Below, in pieces: positions 24,597 through 37,325 of a DNA stretch of 52,061 nucleotides. Every line of letters begins with the position of its first letter. Within the stretch, counting starts at the first letter, position 1. The position numbers were made by a program, and so were the translations under genes. The stretch lies in NCBI GenBank assembly GCA_016929435.1, contig JAFGIV010000007.1, forward strand, positions 1-52,061, in the 5' to 3' direction. The notes under the pieces are model-generated. The model did not search any database. It saw only the letters and a program-made list of their open reading frames with translations, and was not told where the DNA came from. The stretch comes from Candidatus Uhrbacteria bacterium. Its GTDB lineage: Bacteria > Patescibacteriota > Patescibacteriia > SG8-24.

Positions 24597-25751
24597 TCAA
24601 GACAGCAGCCCGCCGAGATAGTCCCAGGTCTCCACAACGGCCCCGATCCCCAACACCAAAATCGTTATATACGCAAAGACTGCCGGAACCCGCAGCGGTT
24701 TCCCGGACACCAGGCCCTGTCGCCTTATTTTCAGGTACATTAGACCCACCAGAACGGACAGGATACCGCCGAAAACCGCCCCGGAGAGGCCTATCATGAC
24801 CAGAAAGTCACGGCCCCCGAACAGGAAAATCGCCATCGGCGGGGAAACCGCCAAAAGCCAGGCCACAGTCGGGGAAAGGCGGAAGTCAAAATGAAACGAA
24901 TCCCTGACATTGACGGCCGTGGCGAGATACGAGGTGGCAACCGCCAAAAAGCCGGCGACCGCAACCGGAACGGCAATTCCGGCCCCCAAGACATCGTTCA
25001 GTCCGCTAACCGCATCCTTGGCCACCCGGTGGCCGACAACTCCCCAAACCACGAAACCGAACGCCATGGTGACGGCGGCGGCAATGGCAGTGCCGACCAC
25101 TACGGCCCAACGGTAATCACCGACACGGCCTTTCACCATACCCTTCATCTCCGGGATGACCGAAAGGCCGATAAGGGAAAACAGGATGACCCCGTAAGGC
25201 ACCACCGGATCAATGAGGTTCCAGGCCGGCATGTTGGCGACCCGGACATGGGGGACGGCTACGGCCAAGATCCCAACCAGCGTCAAAATCAGGGCCACGG
25301 TCCCGACCGTCTCCAGCCGGGTAAAAACCCTCATGCCAAAACGAACGATCAGGGCTCCGACGATTCCCCAAACCAAGGAATAGAACGGGTCGCCGCCTCC
25401 AAAAACGGGCCGAAGAATAATCGCCAAAAAGGTTCCGCCGACCGCAACATAGGCCGTAAGCGAGGCCCAATACCCCAAAATCAGGGCCACCCCGCCGATA
25501 CGCCCGGCCGCCGATCCAAGGTGTACCCTGGCCAATCCCGGCAAACCGTGGATATCCGGACAGGCTATGGCCGCTTCGGCAAAAAACAGGTGCAGTAGGG
25601 TCTGGACACCGCCCAACACCAGGAAATACACGAGGGCCGGAATGGCCCCAACCTGACCGATGACATACGGGATTCCGAATATCCCTACCCCAATGATGGT
25701 TCCGGCCAGGGAAATCGTTGCCGCCGAGAGCTGACGGTGCCGTTCATTCAT
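24597..25751 (-). CDS. Aromatic amino acid (Trp/Tyr) permease family transporter
   Basis: GTIIGVGIFGIPY, PYGVILFS..G..VIPE, TSYL; ~11 TM. Confidence 0.85.
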   Translation of the reverse strand: MNERHRQLSAATISLAGTIIGVGIFGIPYVIGQVGAIPALVYFLVLGGVQTLLHLFFAEAAIACPDIHGLPGLARVHLGSAAGRIGGVALILGYWASLTAYVAVGGTFLAIILRPVFGGGDPFYSLVWGIVGALIVRFGMRVFTRLETVGTVALILTLVGILAVAVPHVRVANMPAWNLIDPVVPYGVILFSLIGLSVIPEMKGMVKGRVGDYRWAVVVGTAIAAAVTMAFGFVVWGVVGHRVAKDAVSGLNDVLGAGIAVPVAVAGFLAVATSYLATAVNVRDSFHFDFRLSPTVAWLLAVSPPMAIFLFGGRDFLVMIGLSGAVFGGILSVLVGLMYLKIRRQGLVSGKPLRVPAVFAYITILVLGIGAVVETWDYLGGLLS

Positions 25752-26227
25752 ATTCCGACCGGCTGGCGCAAAAACATGATTCCGATAGCCAGCAGGAAAA
25801 TCACGTAGGCATACCCCAGATTCCTGGTCACGACCTTTGGCCAGGGATTCTTTGCCTTGCGGTCGGCCATCACCAGGAGAACCAGGCAGGCGCCCAAAAT
25901 ACCGGATTCCCTTACGGTCGTACCGTCAACTCCCCGAAGGAAAGTTCCGGCAATGATCCAGACGGAGGCCAGTCCCGGAAGAAGCCTCCCGTACCTCCCG
26001 TCAAGAAGACCGGCCCCCAACAGAAACTCAAATACGCCGGACACCATGACCAGAACGGCCGGCGGAACGAGAAACAGCAGCCATGGCCAATCCGGAACCA
26101 GACCCGACCAATCGGCCACGTGGATCAGCCTATCCAAGCCAAACCACAGAAAGACCGATCCGACCCCAAACCGAAGCGTAACCAGAACCAGGTCAGTCTC
26201 GGGCTTTGGACGGCGAAACGGGAACAT
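25748..26227 (-). CDS. DoxX-like membrane protein
   Basis: LRFGVGSVFLWFG, GVFEFLLG..LL, RESGILG. Confidence 0.7.
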   Translation of the reverse strand: MFPFRRPKPETDLVLVTLRFGVGSVFLWFGLDRLIHVADWSGLVPDWPWLLFLVPPAVLVMVSGVFEFLLGAGLLDGRYGRLLPGLASVWIIAGTFLRGVDGTTVRESGILGACLVLLVMADRKAKNPWPKVVTRNLGYAYVIFLLAIGIMFLRQPVGI

Positions 26228-26232
26228 GGCGA

Positions 26233-26994
26233 TCAGGCCCTTTTACGATTGCCTTTCCTGAGCAGCAACCACAGGCACGACAATGCGATGGGAACGGAAA
26301 AAACCTGTGTCGGGGTCAGGAAAAACCAGCGTGTTTCGGCCAGGGGCGTCTCCCAATCCCGAAGAAAATCGAGCCCGAACCTCCCCAACCCGTAGATCAG
26401 GAAAAAAATGAGGAAATAGGGCAAGTCAACGTTTCTGTTCCTTGCCCTGACGGCAACGAAGAGCAGCCCCACGGAAAGTCCGAAAATCGCGTGAATCAGG
26501 CCAAGGTCAAGCCGCGGTCCACCCGGAAAATTGACGGCCAAGAAAGATCCGGACGCCAGTCCCACATGGTCATGTATGAGGAAACAGCCGATCCGTCCGA
26601 CCGCATAACCCCACGGCAATCCGAAAGCCGCCGCATTAAGGTACCCCACGGCTGCCTGTCGCTGTTTGCGGAAAAACAGCGTGAAGGCCAATCCCGCACC
26701 CAAAAAACCGCCTAAGGCGGACATTCCGCCGTCCCAAATCCTGATTATCGACAGCGGTGACGCAAGGATATCGGGCCGATAGGCCAGGACGAAAAACAGC
26801 CTGGACAGGACAATGGCCAAAAACACGGACCAGGCCGACACGTCCAGAAAGGCATTTCCGTCCAATCCGTTCCGAACGGCCTGCCGATACCCGACCCAAA
26901 GCCCCAGGGAAATCCCCAAGGCCACGAACAGTCCCCAAACCTGGATATCGACCGGTCCGACCGATATTGTCTGCCACCCGAAATAGGGAATCAT
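26233..26994 (-). CDS. lgt: Prolipoprotein diacylglyceryl transferase
   Basis: WGLFVALG, SRLFFV, RIWDGGMSALGG, GRIGCF, RFGLDFLR, TPTQ. Confidence 0.9.
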   Translation of the reverse strand: MIPYFGWQTISVGPVDIQVWGLFVALGISLGLWVGYRQAVRNGLDGNAFLDVSAWSVFLAIVLSRLFFVLAYRPDILASPLSIIRIWDGGMSALGGFLGAGLAFTLFFRKQRQAAVGYLNAAAFGLPWGYAVGRIGCFLIHDHVGLASGSFLAVNFPGGPRLDLGLIHAIFGLSVGLLFVAVRARNRNVDLPYFLIFFLIYGLGRFGLDFLRDWETPLAETRWFFLTPTQVFSVPIALSCLWLLLRKGNRKRA

Positions 26995-27449
26995 AGCACC
27001 CCCATTAGCCTCAGGGCGGACCGATAGGACCGCAGGGCCCTTGCGGCCACGGACCGATCCAGATGGAAGGACGATTCGTGGGCCAATTGGTTCCGGATCT
27101 TGTGGGCCCACCATACCTGGCACATTTCCGGCCAGCGGTAGCATGCCACCTTCAGCCGTTCCCCCAGGGTGTTTCCGGCGAACATCATGGTCTTAAGGGC
27201 CGAATCCAACAGCTTATCGGCCTCCATGATCGCCATCTTCCGCCCCATCTCCCCGGGCTGGCGGCTAAGCGACTCTATCTCTTCCCAACGGCGGCGCATT
27301 GAAGCCAGGTCTTTGGCGTCGAACTTTCGCGAGGCGATCCACCGCCTCACCCTCCCCCACCCCATGACCAGGATGGCGATCATCAGGCCGGCGAAAACCA
27401 AAATCACCAGGCCGAACCCGAGATTGGCGATGTCAACGGTAACCGTCAT
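26991..27449 (-). CDS. Conserved hypothetical membrane-anchored protein (CPR-type)
   Basis: N-terminal TM; AIMEADKLLD..L...GNTLGERLK...WWAHKIRNQLAHE. Confidence 0.75.
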   Translation of the reverse strand: MTVTVDIANLGFGLVILVFAGLMIAILVMGWGRVRRWIASRKFDAKDLASMRRRWEEIESLSRQPGEMGRKMAIMEADKLLDSALKTMMFAGNTLGERLKVACYRWPEMCQVWWAHKIRNQLAHESSFHLDRSVAARALRSYRSALRLMGVL

Positions 27450-27458
27450 GACAAAAGG

Positions 27459-27863
27459 CTACCTGACCCGCCAATTGACCCGAACCGGGGCATCGGCATC
27501 GGTGTAGGTAACGGTCAGCCGGCCGCCCTTCCGGGACCGATGCAGGCGGCGGCCCAAACTGACCGCCAGGTTGGCGTCATTTGACTGAACCGTCACCTTC
27601 CCTCCCGAACCGACCTGAACCGAGGTTTCCGAGTTTGGCTTGCGCCGAACCAGGCCGTTAATGACGCTCTCCAAAAGGGCCAGGAACGTTTCCCGTTCCC
27701 CCTTACCCACCCCCTCAATCACCAACTCGCCCCTATACGACTCCCTTTCGGAACTGTCGGGACGGACCATCTCCTCCCGCCGCGCCTTCTGGTGATGGCT
27801 TCCCTGAACGGTCGTGCGGGTATTTACGTTCCTCCTATCCGGGGATTTTTTGATCGTGGACAT
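27459..27863 (-). CDS. Hypothetical protein resembling the C-terminal domain of the BCAM0308/NMD3-like family
   Basis: GELVIEG, LAVSLGRRLHRSRKGGRL..Y....VRVNW. Confidence 0.55.
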   Translation of the reverse strand: MSTIKKSPDRRNVNTRTTVQGSHHQKARREEMVRPDSSERESYRGELVIEGVGKGERETFLALLESVINGLVRRKPNSETSVQVGSGGKVTVQSNDANLAVSLGRRLHRSRKGGRLTVTYTDADAPVRVNWRVR

Positions 27864-27904
27864 AACAGTCAAAAAAAATGATTAAAAAACCACAAACGAA
27901 CAAA

Positions 27905-29365
27905 TTATCCTTCCAACGGCGGCGGGAACCCGAACGGTCCGCGAGCCTGCTCGTAGGCATGGGCTGCCGCAAGGACATTGCCGTCCGAGAAGTGCGGGCC
28001 CAGGATCTGCAGACCGACCGGCAGGCCGTTGGACAGTCCGCACGGCAGGCTTATTCCCGGCAGGCCGGCAACATTGGCCGAAACCGTGAAGATATCCGCC
28101 AAATACATGGACATGGAATCGGCCTTCCCCCCAAGCTTCCAGGCTACGGAGGGGGCAGTCGGGGAAAGGATCAGGTCGCACTTTCCGAAAGCCAGCCGGA
28201 AATCCCCCACGATCAGCCGCCTTACCTGCTGGGCCTTCCTGTAGTAGTCCCCGTAATATCCGGAAGACAGTACGTAGTTCCCGACCATGATCCGCCGGCG
28301 CACCTCGACCCCGAAACCCTGTCCCCTAGTCCGGCGGTAAGTGCCGACCAAATCGTCCGCCTCGGCCCGATTTCCGTAGCGAACACCGTCGAAACGGGCC
28401 AAATTGGCGCTGACTTCCGCTGGCATCAGGACATAATAGACCGATAGGGCGTATTTGGCGTGGGGAAGGTCAATTTCCGTCAGTTCCGCACCCATCCCCT
28501 CCATCTTGGCGGCGGCCGCCATGACCAAGCCCCTGATGTCCGGATCCAATTCAGATGAAAAATACTCTTTAGGCAAACCGATCCGAACGCCCTTCAGGCC
28601 ATCCGTCCACCTTTCCGGAACGGCCCATTCCGGTTTCAGGCGGACGGAATTGGAATCCGCCCCGTCCCAACCCTCAATGGCCTTCAGGATAATGGCCGCA
28701 TCCCCGACCGTCCGGGTCAGGGGACCGATCTGGTCCAGGCTTGAGGCCATTGCGATCAGCCCGTAACGGGAAACCCGTCCGTAGGTCGGTTTCAGGCCGA
28801 CCGCGCCGCACATGGCCGCCGGCTGGCGAATGCTGCCGCCGGTATCGGAACCCAAGGCCGCCGGCACCGAACCCTCGGCCACGGCCGCCGCCGAACCCCC
28901 GGATGACCCTCCGGGTACCCGTTCCGTATCCCAAGGGTTGCGGGTCGGTCCGTGGATTGAAGTCTCGGTCGATGATCCCATGGCGAACTCGTCCATGTTG
29001 GTCCGTCCCAAAAACACGGCTCCCGCCTCCCGTAACCGCCTGACGGCCGTGGCGTCGTAGGCCGAAACATACCCCCTAAGAATCGCCGAAGCGGCTTCAG
29101 CCCTCTTTCCGGCCAGCAGGAGGTTGTCCTTCAGGGCCACCGGAACGCCGTCCAGATCCGAAAGCGCCTTCCCCTGCCTTCTCCTTTCGTCGCTGGCCCG
29201 AGCCTCCTCCAGGGCCGACTGTCCGTATATCTCCACGAACGATCCGGTCTTGGCGCTGCGGATCTCCGCCAGGCGCAAAAATTCCCTGACCGTTTCCTCG
29301 GACCCAAACTCCCCGGCCTTCAAACCCCGGCTTATCCTTTCAACTGTCAGTTCCGAGAGACCCAT
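27905..29365 (-). CDS. gatA: Asp/Glu-tRNA amidotransferase subunit A
   Basis: GRTNMDEFAMGSSTE, PGGSSGGSAAAV, GSDTGGSIRQPA, NLARFDGVRYG. Confidence 0.98.
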   Translation of the reverse strand: MGLSELTVERISRGLKAGEFGSEETVREFLRLAEIRSAKTGSFVEIYGQSALEEARASDERRRQGKALSDLDGVPVALKDNLLLAGKRAEAASAILRGYVSAYDATAVRRLREAGAVFLGRTNMDEFAMGSSTETSIHGPTRNPWDTERVPGGSSGGSAAAVAEGSVPAALGSDTGGSIRQPAAMCGAVGLKPTYGRVSRYGLIAMASSLDQIGPLTRTVGDAAIILKAIEGWDGADSNSVRLKPEWAVPERWTDGLKGVRIGLPKEYFSSELDPDIRGLVMAAAAKMEGMGAELTEIDLPHAKYALSVYYVLMPAEVSANLARFDGVRYGNRAEADDLVGTYRRTRGQGFGVEVRRRIMVGNYVLSSGYYGDYYRKAQQVRRLIVGDFRLAFGKCDLILSPTAPSVAWKLGGKADSMSMYLADIFTVSANVAGLPGISLPCGLSNGLPVGLQILGPHFSDGNVLAAAHAYEQARGPFGFPPPLEG

Positions 29366-29371
29366 AACAGC

Positions 29372-29665
29372 CTACGAGAAAACGGCCCTGACCTTAAGCA
29401 AGTCCCCTTCCCTTTCAGGAAACGATTCGACCAGCCGACGGACGATTTCCTCACCAACCGGAACCGACTCGTCCGACCGCCAGGCATTTTCCGAGGCAAT
29501 GGCCTGGGCCATGGGTTCCACCCCATCTGTCTGGCACTCCGAAAGTTGGCCGACATACTCAATGACGGCCGATACCCTTTCCCGAAACTGATCCTCCTCT
29601 TCCGGAACCAACTCCAGGCGAGAAAGGGCGGCAATGTGCCGAATCTGCTCCAAGGACAACTTCAT
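29372..29665 (-). CDS. gatC: Asp/Glu-tRNA amidotransferase subunit C
   Basis: IRHIAALSRLEL, T.GVEPM, FPE..G.LLKV; adjacent to gatA. Confidence 0.93.
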   Translation of the reverse strand: MKLSLEQIRHIAALSRLELVPEEEDQFRERVSAVIEYVGQLSECQTDGVEPMAQAIASENAWRSDESVPVGEEIVRRLVESFPEREGDLLKVRAVFS

Positions 29666-29667
29666 AG

Positions 29668-32678
<3,011 letters not shown>

Positions 32679-32679
32679 A

Positions 32680-33300
32680 TCAGCGGCGGAAATTACGGGT
32701 ACCGACCGTGGTCTGCAGGTAGACCAGGGACCGTTCGCGCGGATCAGCCGAAATGTTCTCGGTCCCCAGGACTATGGTTACCGCCGGCTGGCTGGAGGCG
32801 CCGTAAAGACCGGTGACGGCATCAAAACCGTACGGGTCGGCAACCGGACGGATGAAGAACGAGGCCCGAAACACGTTGATGCCGGTCGGGGTCAGGACCT
32901 GCGTGGCACCGCCGTTAATGGACACCAGGAGGCAGGATCGCACCGCCTCTGACCCTGACCCGCATTCCGAATCCTCCCTGTTCCGAAAGAAACGTATCCT
33001 GTCACCCTGTCCGTCGATGAGGGCCAGGGTATCGACGGCGTTCGCACCGTCCAGCGGCAGGTTCTCCCCATACCACGCGTAATCGACGGCCCCGGAACGG
33101 ATCTCCCGCACCATGGCCTCCATGGTATAGCGGGCATCCGACTGGACCCGCTCCATGCTGACGGTCTTGCGTTGGGCCCGATTGGACATCAGGAAAATGT
33201 CGGCCGCGGTCGTCAGCACGACCGAAAACAGGCCGAGGACAATCAGCGTCTCCATTAGCGTAAACCCGCCCTTTCCTTTCCTGTCCCTATCGCCAGTCAT
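32680..33300 (-). CDS. Minor pilin (PilW/PulJ-like)
   Basis: G|FTLMETLIV class III signal, MEAMVREIR. Confidence 0.85.
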   Translation of the reverse strand: MTGDRDRKGKGGFTLMETLIVLGLFSVVLTTAADIFLMSNRAQRKTVSMERVQSDARYTMEAMVREIRSGAVDYAWYGENLPLDGANAVDTLALIDGQGDRIRFFRNREDSECGSGSEAVRSCLLVSINGGATQVLTPTGINVFRASFFIRPVADPYGFDAVTGLYGASSQPAVTIVLGTENISADPRERSLVYLQTTVGTRNFRR

Positions 33301-33898
33301 AGATCGTTTCCGTCACGGCCACGTCACGGGGACGCTTGCCGCCGCCCCAGGCGACCAGGGATTCTATGCGGATGCCGACCTGCGGATCGGCCATGTCACA
33401 GGCCGAACCGGATTCCCTAACCTCCTGGCTTCGGCAAACCGGATTGAGGACCAGAAGCCGCCTGAAGGGAGTCCGAAAGCTGTCCGCCGGCCGGACGGTG
33501 TCTTGGGTATGGATTCCCAGGTGTTCGGAAGTCAGGCGCCAGACTTCCGTCCCCTCCCCGGACAGGGAGTCGGGAGCGAAGTCCAGGGACCAATCCCCGG
33601 AAACCGGGTCGAAAACGGCAATGGCCGTATAGTCCAGGCTTTCCCCCACAAGACCGTCGTCCCATCTCCGTTCCGCCAGCCAGTTGGAATCCCTGATGTT
33701 CCTGGCCACCTCCACCCCTTCCCGGGCCAGGTTGACGGCCACCATCATGTCCTCATTGGACTTTTGGGCGTTAAGTGACGATCCGGTCAGGGTCAGGGCC
33801 GCCACCACGGCCGTTGAAATGACCGCCAGGGCGACGATCACTTCAACGATCGACTGGCCGGACCGATTAACCCTTTCATTGCCGAAAAAAACAGGCAT
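33287..33898 (-). CDS. Minor pilin (PilV/PulI-like)
   Basis: G|QSIVEVIVA, NLAREGVEVARNIRDSNW. Confidence 0.85.
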   Translation of the reverse strand: MPVFFGNERVNRSGQSIVEVIVALAVISTAVVAALTLTGSSLNAQKSNEDMMVAVNLAREGVEVARNIRDSNWLAERRWDDGLVGESLDYTAIAVFDPVSGDWSLDFAPDSLSGEGTEVWRLTSEHLGIHTQDTVRPADSFRTPFRRLLVLNPVCRSQEVRESGSACDMADPQVGIRIESLVAWGGGKRPRDVAVTETIYDWR

Positions 33899-33902
33899 AG
33901 GA

Positions 33903-34538
33903 CTACTCGACGCTGACCTGTCCGGAAATCCCGTTGATTCGGACGGTCCTGACCTGACCGGTCTTGGCGTGGGTCAGGGTAACGGTGGCGATCGGGCTGT
34001 CGTTCCGTCCGTTGAACCAGGCCGTCGGACGGGGGGCCGAAAAGCTGATGTCCAGGAAACCTCCGCCGTCCGGATCGACTGCCGAAACGGAAACGTTGCG
34101 GCCGGCGGCGGCGAACTCCAGGCGCCTCAGCAGCTCGTATTCCTGGTAGGAGTGGTCCGAGTCGCCGCTCCTGTCCTCATCCCCGGTATCGGCAAAGAAA
34201 AGGGCCGTCCGCCCCCCGGTTCCGTAATCGATCCTCACCCCGTATCCGCCGCGGGGGGTATCCAGGATGCAGCGCCCGGATTCGCCGCACCCGCCGCCCT
34301 CACCGGCCGTGCAGAGGCTGCCGTTCATGTCCCCGGCTTCCCGACACTGGTATATGGACTGGGAAACCAGGGCAAAGGTCTGGGCCCGCCGGATCTCCGC
34401 AGCCAGGTTGGAGGCCGCATAGCGCAGCTCGTCGCCGTATTCGGAAACCCGAAAGTTGGCGACGGCCATGGTGGTCATGATCGCCATGATGCTCATCGTC
34501 ACGAGCAGTTCAACCAGCGTGAATCCCCGCCTGTCCAT
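33903..34538 (-). CDS. Minor pilin (FimT/GspH-like)
   Basis: G|FTLVELLVT, LAAEIRRAQTFAL, VRINGISGQV. Confidence 0.85.
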   Translation of the reverse strand: MDRRGFTLVELLVTMSIMAIMTTMAVANFRVSEYGDELRYAASNLAAEIRRAQTFALVSQSIYQCREAGDMNGSLCTAGEGGGCGESGRCILDTPRGGYGVRIDYGTGGRTALFFADTGDEDRSGDSDHSYQEYELLRRLEFAAAGRNVSVSAVDPDGGGFLDISFSAPRPTAWFNGRNDSPIATVTLTHAKTGQVRTVRINGISGQVSVE

Positions 34539-34542
34539 ACCG

Positions 34543-35325
34543 TCAGAACACCAGCCCCCAATACCAGTCCAAAAGGGCATCCCCGAAAAGCAGGACCGTC
34601 ACCGCAGCCGCGGACAGGAACGTCCCGAAGGCCAACTGCTGGCCGAGCCTCTCCCGTCCGGTGATCAACATGACCGTGGCAACTGTCGCCCCTCCCACAT
34701 AGGCCAAGAACAGGGCCAGGAGGGTCTTCTGCCAGCCGAGCGCCGCCCCCATGAACATCCCGAGCCAGGCATCCCCGCCGCCGATCCAACGCCCCCGGGA
34801 AACCAGGAACTGGATGCGGAAAAAACCCCCGGCGATCACGGCCCCCAGGACCGGGGAAAACCACCCGTCACCCAGGGCCAAATGGGCCAACAGCACGGCA
34901 ACCGTCGCCGGACCGATCACCTCCGGCAGGATCATCAGGTATTTCAGGTCAAAAACGAAGGCAAAAACGAAAACCGATACCAGGAACCAGTGGAACAGCA
35001 GGCGCGGCAGGTCCGTCATGGCCGCCGTTTCCCCGGCCGGAACCGTGGCCATCAGGGCCAGGACGAACAGCAGGCCGGTTACGGTCTCCACGATCGGGTA
35101 ATGCGGGCTGATGGGTTTTCGGCAGTAGCGGCATTTTCCCCCAAGGAAAAGGTAGCTGAATACCGGCACCAGGTCCCTGGCCGCCAACCCGTGCCGGCAA
35201 TGGATGCATTTCGATCTCCCCCGGACAAAACTCTGTCCGACATGCAGCCGCCAGATGACGGCGTTCAGGAAACTGCCGATGATTGCCCCAAAGGCAAAAA
35301 CGAAGGTTTGGATGACGACATTCAT
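34543..35325 (-). CDS. pilD: Prepilin peptidase (A24)
   Basis: GSFLNAVIWR, RSKCIHC, GKCRYC, FDLKY, IGGGD, FGTFL. Confidence 0.95.
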   Translation of the reverse strand: MNVVIQTFVFAFGAIIGSFLNAVIWRLHVGQSFVRGRSKCIHCRHGLAARDLVPVFSYLFLGGKCRYCRKPISPHYPIVETVTGLLFVLALMATVPAGETAAMTDLPRLLFHWFLVSVFVFAFVFDLKYLMILPEVIGPATVAVLLAHLALGDGWFSPVLGAVIAGGFFRIQFLVSRGRWIGGGDAWLGMFMGAALGWQKTLLALFLAYVGGATVATVMLITGRERLGQQLAFGTFLSAAAVTVLLFGDALLDWYWGLVF

Positions 35326-35372
35326 GGGGTAATTGTAGCATAACCGGACGAAAAATCCCTCCCGTCCCGCAG

Positions 35373-35441
35373 CAGAAACCCCTGCCTTTCGGCAGGGGTT
35401 TCTGGTTTACCGAATTCGGTAACCAAACGTGCGACGTTTGG
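35373..35441 (-). terminator. Three back-to-back hairpins downstream of the major pilin gene
   Basis: CAGAAACCCCTGCC-TTTC-GGCAGGGGTTTCTG; TTACCGAATTCGGTAA; CCAAACGT-GCG-ACGTTTGG. Confidence 0.7.
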
Positions 35442-35457
35442 CACGCAATGAACTAAA

Positions 35458-35943
35458 CTACTCGGCCGGGGGGGTATAGTTGTATATACCGGTCGGATCA
35501 GCCTTCACGTCACCGCCGGACAGGTCACCGACGCTACCGCCTATGCAGAACGTAATCTCATAGGTGGAACCGTCAGCGCTGACATAGCTGTAAGGGTTGT
35601 TCGTAGCGTCACAGTCACCGTCTTCCGGTGTTGGGGCAGACGGAACCAGGCCCATGTAGGTGGAACCGGTAGCCGTACCGGCGAAACCGTCGCTGGAAAG
35701 CGAACTGGCTGTAGCCGATCCCAAAACAATGGCGGTGGCCTCCGTCGGATAGCTGTTCTCATCGGAGAAGTAGAGCTCCAGGGCGGTCTGGACCTGCTTG
35801 ACGTCAGCGACGCGCTTGGAGTCACGGGACTTCTGGCGGGCGCTGTTCAGGGCGACCACGGCCAAGGTGGACAGAAGTCCGATAATGGCAATGACGACCA
35901 GCAGTTCAATGAGGGTAAAACCCTTCTTGTTGGATTTGATCAT
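35458..35943 (-). CDS. Major type IV pilin
   Basis: KKG|FTLIELLVVIAIIGLL, ARQKSRDSKRVAD, ALELY; GGAGGTG RBS; own extended -10 (TGG-TATCAT, 36063-36071). Confidence 0.92.
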   Translation of the reverse strand: MIKSNKKGFTLIELLVVIAIIGLLSTLAVVALNSARQKSRDSKRVADVKQVQTALELYFSDENSYPTEATAIVLGSATASSLSSDGFAGTATGSTYMGLVPSAPTPEDGDCDATNNPYSYVSADGSTYEITFCIGGSVGDLSGGDVKADPTGIYNYTPPAE

Positions 35944-36038
35944 ATTGACACCTCCCTTCACCAAATGGATTATTTCCGAATCTTTCATCGGCCCGGAAAC
36001 GCCGTTACGGAAAGGCCCGGACCCGAAACGGGATGGGC

Positions 36039-36047
36039 TTATCCACA
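36039..36047 (+). promoter_or_regulatory. Perfect DnaA-box 9-mer in the pilin leader
   Basis: TTATCCACA. Confidence 0.35.
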
Positions 36048-36100
36048 ACAGAACGTATGTTCATGATACCACATTGCGTCCGAAAACGACACGGCAGGCG

Positions 36101-37312
36101 CTACATGCTGGTGGCCATGTTGTACATCGGCAGCATGATGGCGGCCACCATGATCCCGACCGCCCCACCCATCACCAGCATGATGATAGGTTCAATGGCC
36201 GAAACCAGGTTGTCCACCAGGTTGGACAGCTCCCGGGAATAGAATACCGTCAGCTTGTCCATGACGTCGGCCAGACGGCCGGTCTCCTCCCCCACGGCCA
36301 TCATCTGCGGGACCATCTTCGGCATGGATCCGTCCTTCCCGAACACGCCGGATATGGAATGCCCGTCCATCACCTCTTTCCTGGTCTGGACGATCAGCTC
36401 CCGGTACTTCTCGTTCCCCACCACATCGGCGCAGACCTCCAGGCTGGCCGGGATGTCCACCCCGCCCTCCACCAGGGTCCCGAAACTCCGGGTAAAACGG
36501 ACCAGGTATATCCGCTGCAGCAGCATCCCGAACACCGGCAGGCGCAGGATGGCCCCGTCAATGAACCGCTTCCCGTTCGGGGTCCGGTTCCAGAGGCCCA
36601 AACCAACGGCAGCGGCCACGATCCCGACGACGATCTGGATGACGTAATCCCTCATGAACTCGGACGTGACGATCAGCAGCCTGGTGGTCCACGGAAGGGC
36701 AGTCCCGGATTCGGTCAGGACCGCCGTCATCTTCGGCACCACGAAGGTCATCATGACGAACCCCACGATAACCAGGGCGATGATGACGACGATCGGATAG
36801 GTCATGGCCCCCTTGATCTTGGTCATCAGGTCATAGTCCCTTTCCATCTGGTCCGCCAGGTAGTCCATGACATCCTCCAGGCGGCCGGTCGTCTCACCGG
36901 AACGGATCATGTTCACGTAGAACTGGGAAAAGGCGTTCGGGTGCTTGGCCATGGCCACGGACAGGGCCAGGCCGGATTCTGACTCGTCGGCGATATCCAG
37001 GACAATGGCCTTCAGGCGCCGGTTTTCCGTCTGGGAAGCGACGGTCCTCAGGGCCCGGATTACCGGCACCTTCGCCCCCATCAGGACGGCGAATTGGCGG
37101 GAAAAGATGACCAGGTCCCGAATCTTCACCCGATCGAAAAACGGCAGGTTGATCTCTATCTCACCGCCCCCTTTCCGGTGTTCGGACAGGGAAATTACGG
37201 TAAGGTTCCGATCCTTCAGGGTATCGGCCGCCAATTCCAGGTTGTCCGACTCCACCAGACCGGCGACGGTCGCTCCGCTACGGTCGGTCGCCCGGTATTC
37301 GTATTTCGGCAT
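36101..37312 (-). CDS. pilC: Type IV pilus platform protein PilC (T2SS F family)
   Basis: FSRQFAVL, GETTGRL, GAMTYP, QMMAVGEETG, IEPIIM. Confidence 0.95.
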   Translation of the reverse strand: MPKYEYRATDRSGATVAGLVESDNLELAADTLKDRNLTVISLSEHRKGGGEIEINLPFFDRVKIRDLVIFSRQFAVLMGAKVPVIRALRTVASQTENRRLKAIVLDIADESESGLALSVAMAKHPNAFSQFYVNMIRSGETTGRLEDVMDYLADQMERDYDLMTKIKGAMTYPIVVIIALVIVGFVMMTFVVPKMTAVLTESGTALPWTTRLLIVTSEFMRDYVIQIVVGIVAAAVGLGLWNRTPNGKRFIDGAILRLPVFGMLLQRIYLVRFTRSFGTLVEGGVDIPASLEVCADVVGNEKYRELIVQTRKEVMDGHSISGVFGKDGSMPKMVPQMMAVGEETGRLADVMDKLTVFYSRELSNLVDNLVSAIEPIIMLVMGGAVGIMVAAIMLPMYNMATSM

Positions 37313-37325
37313 TGTTTTTTTACGG

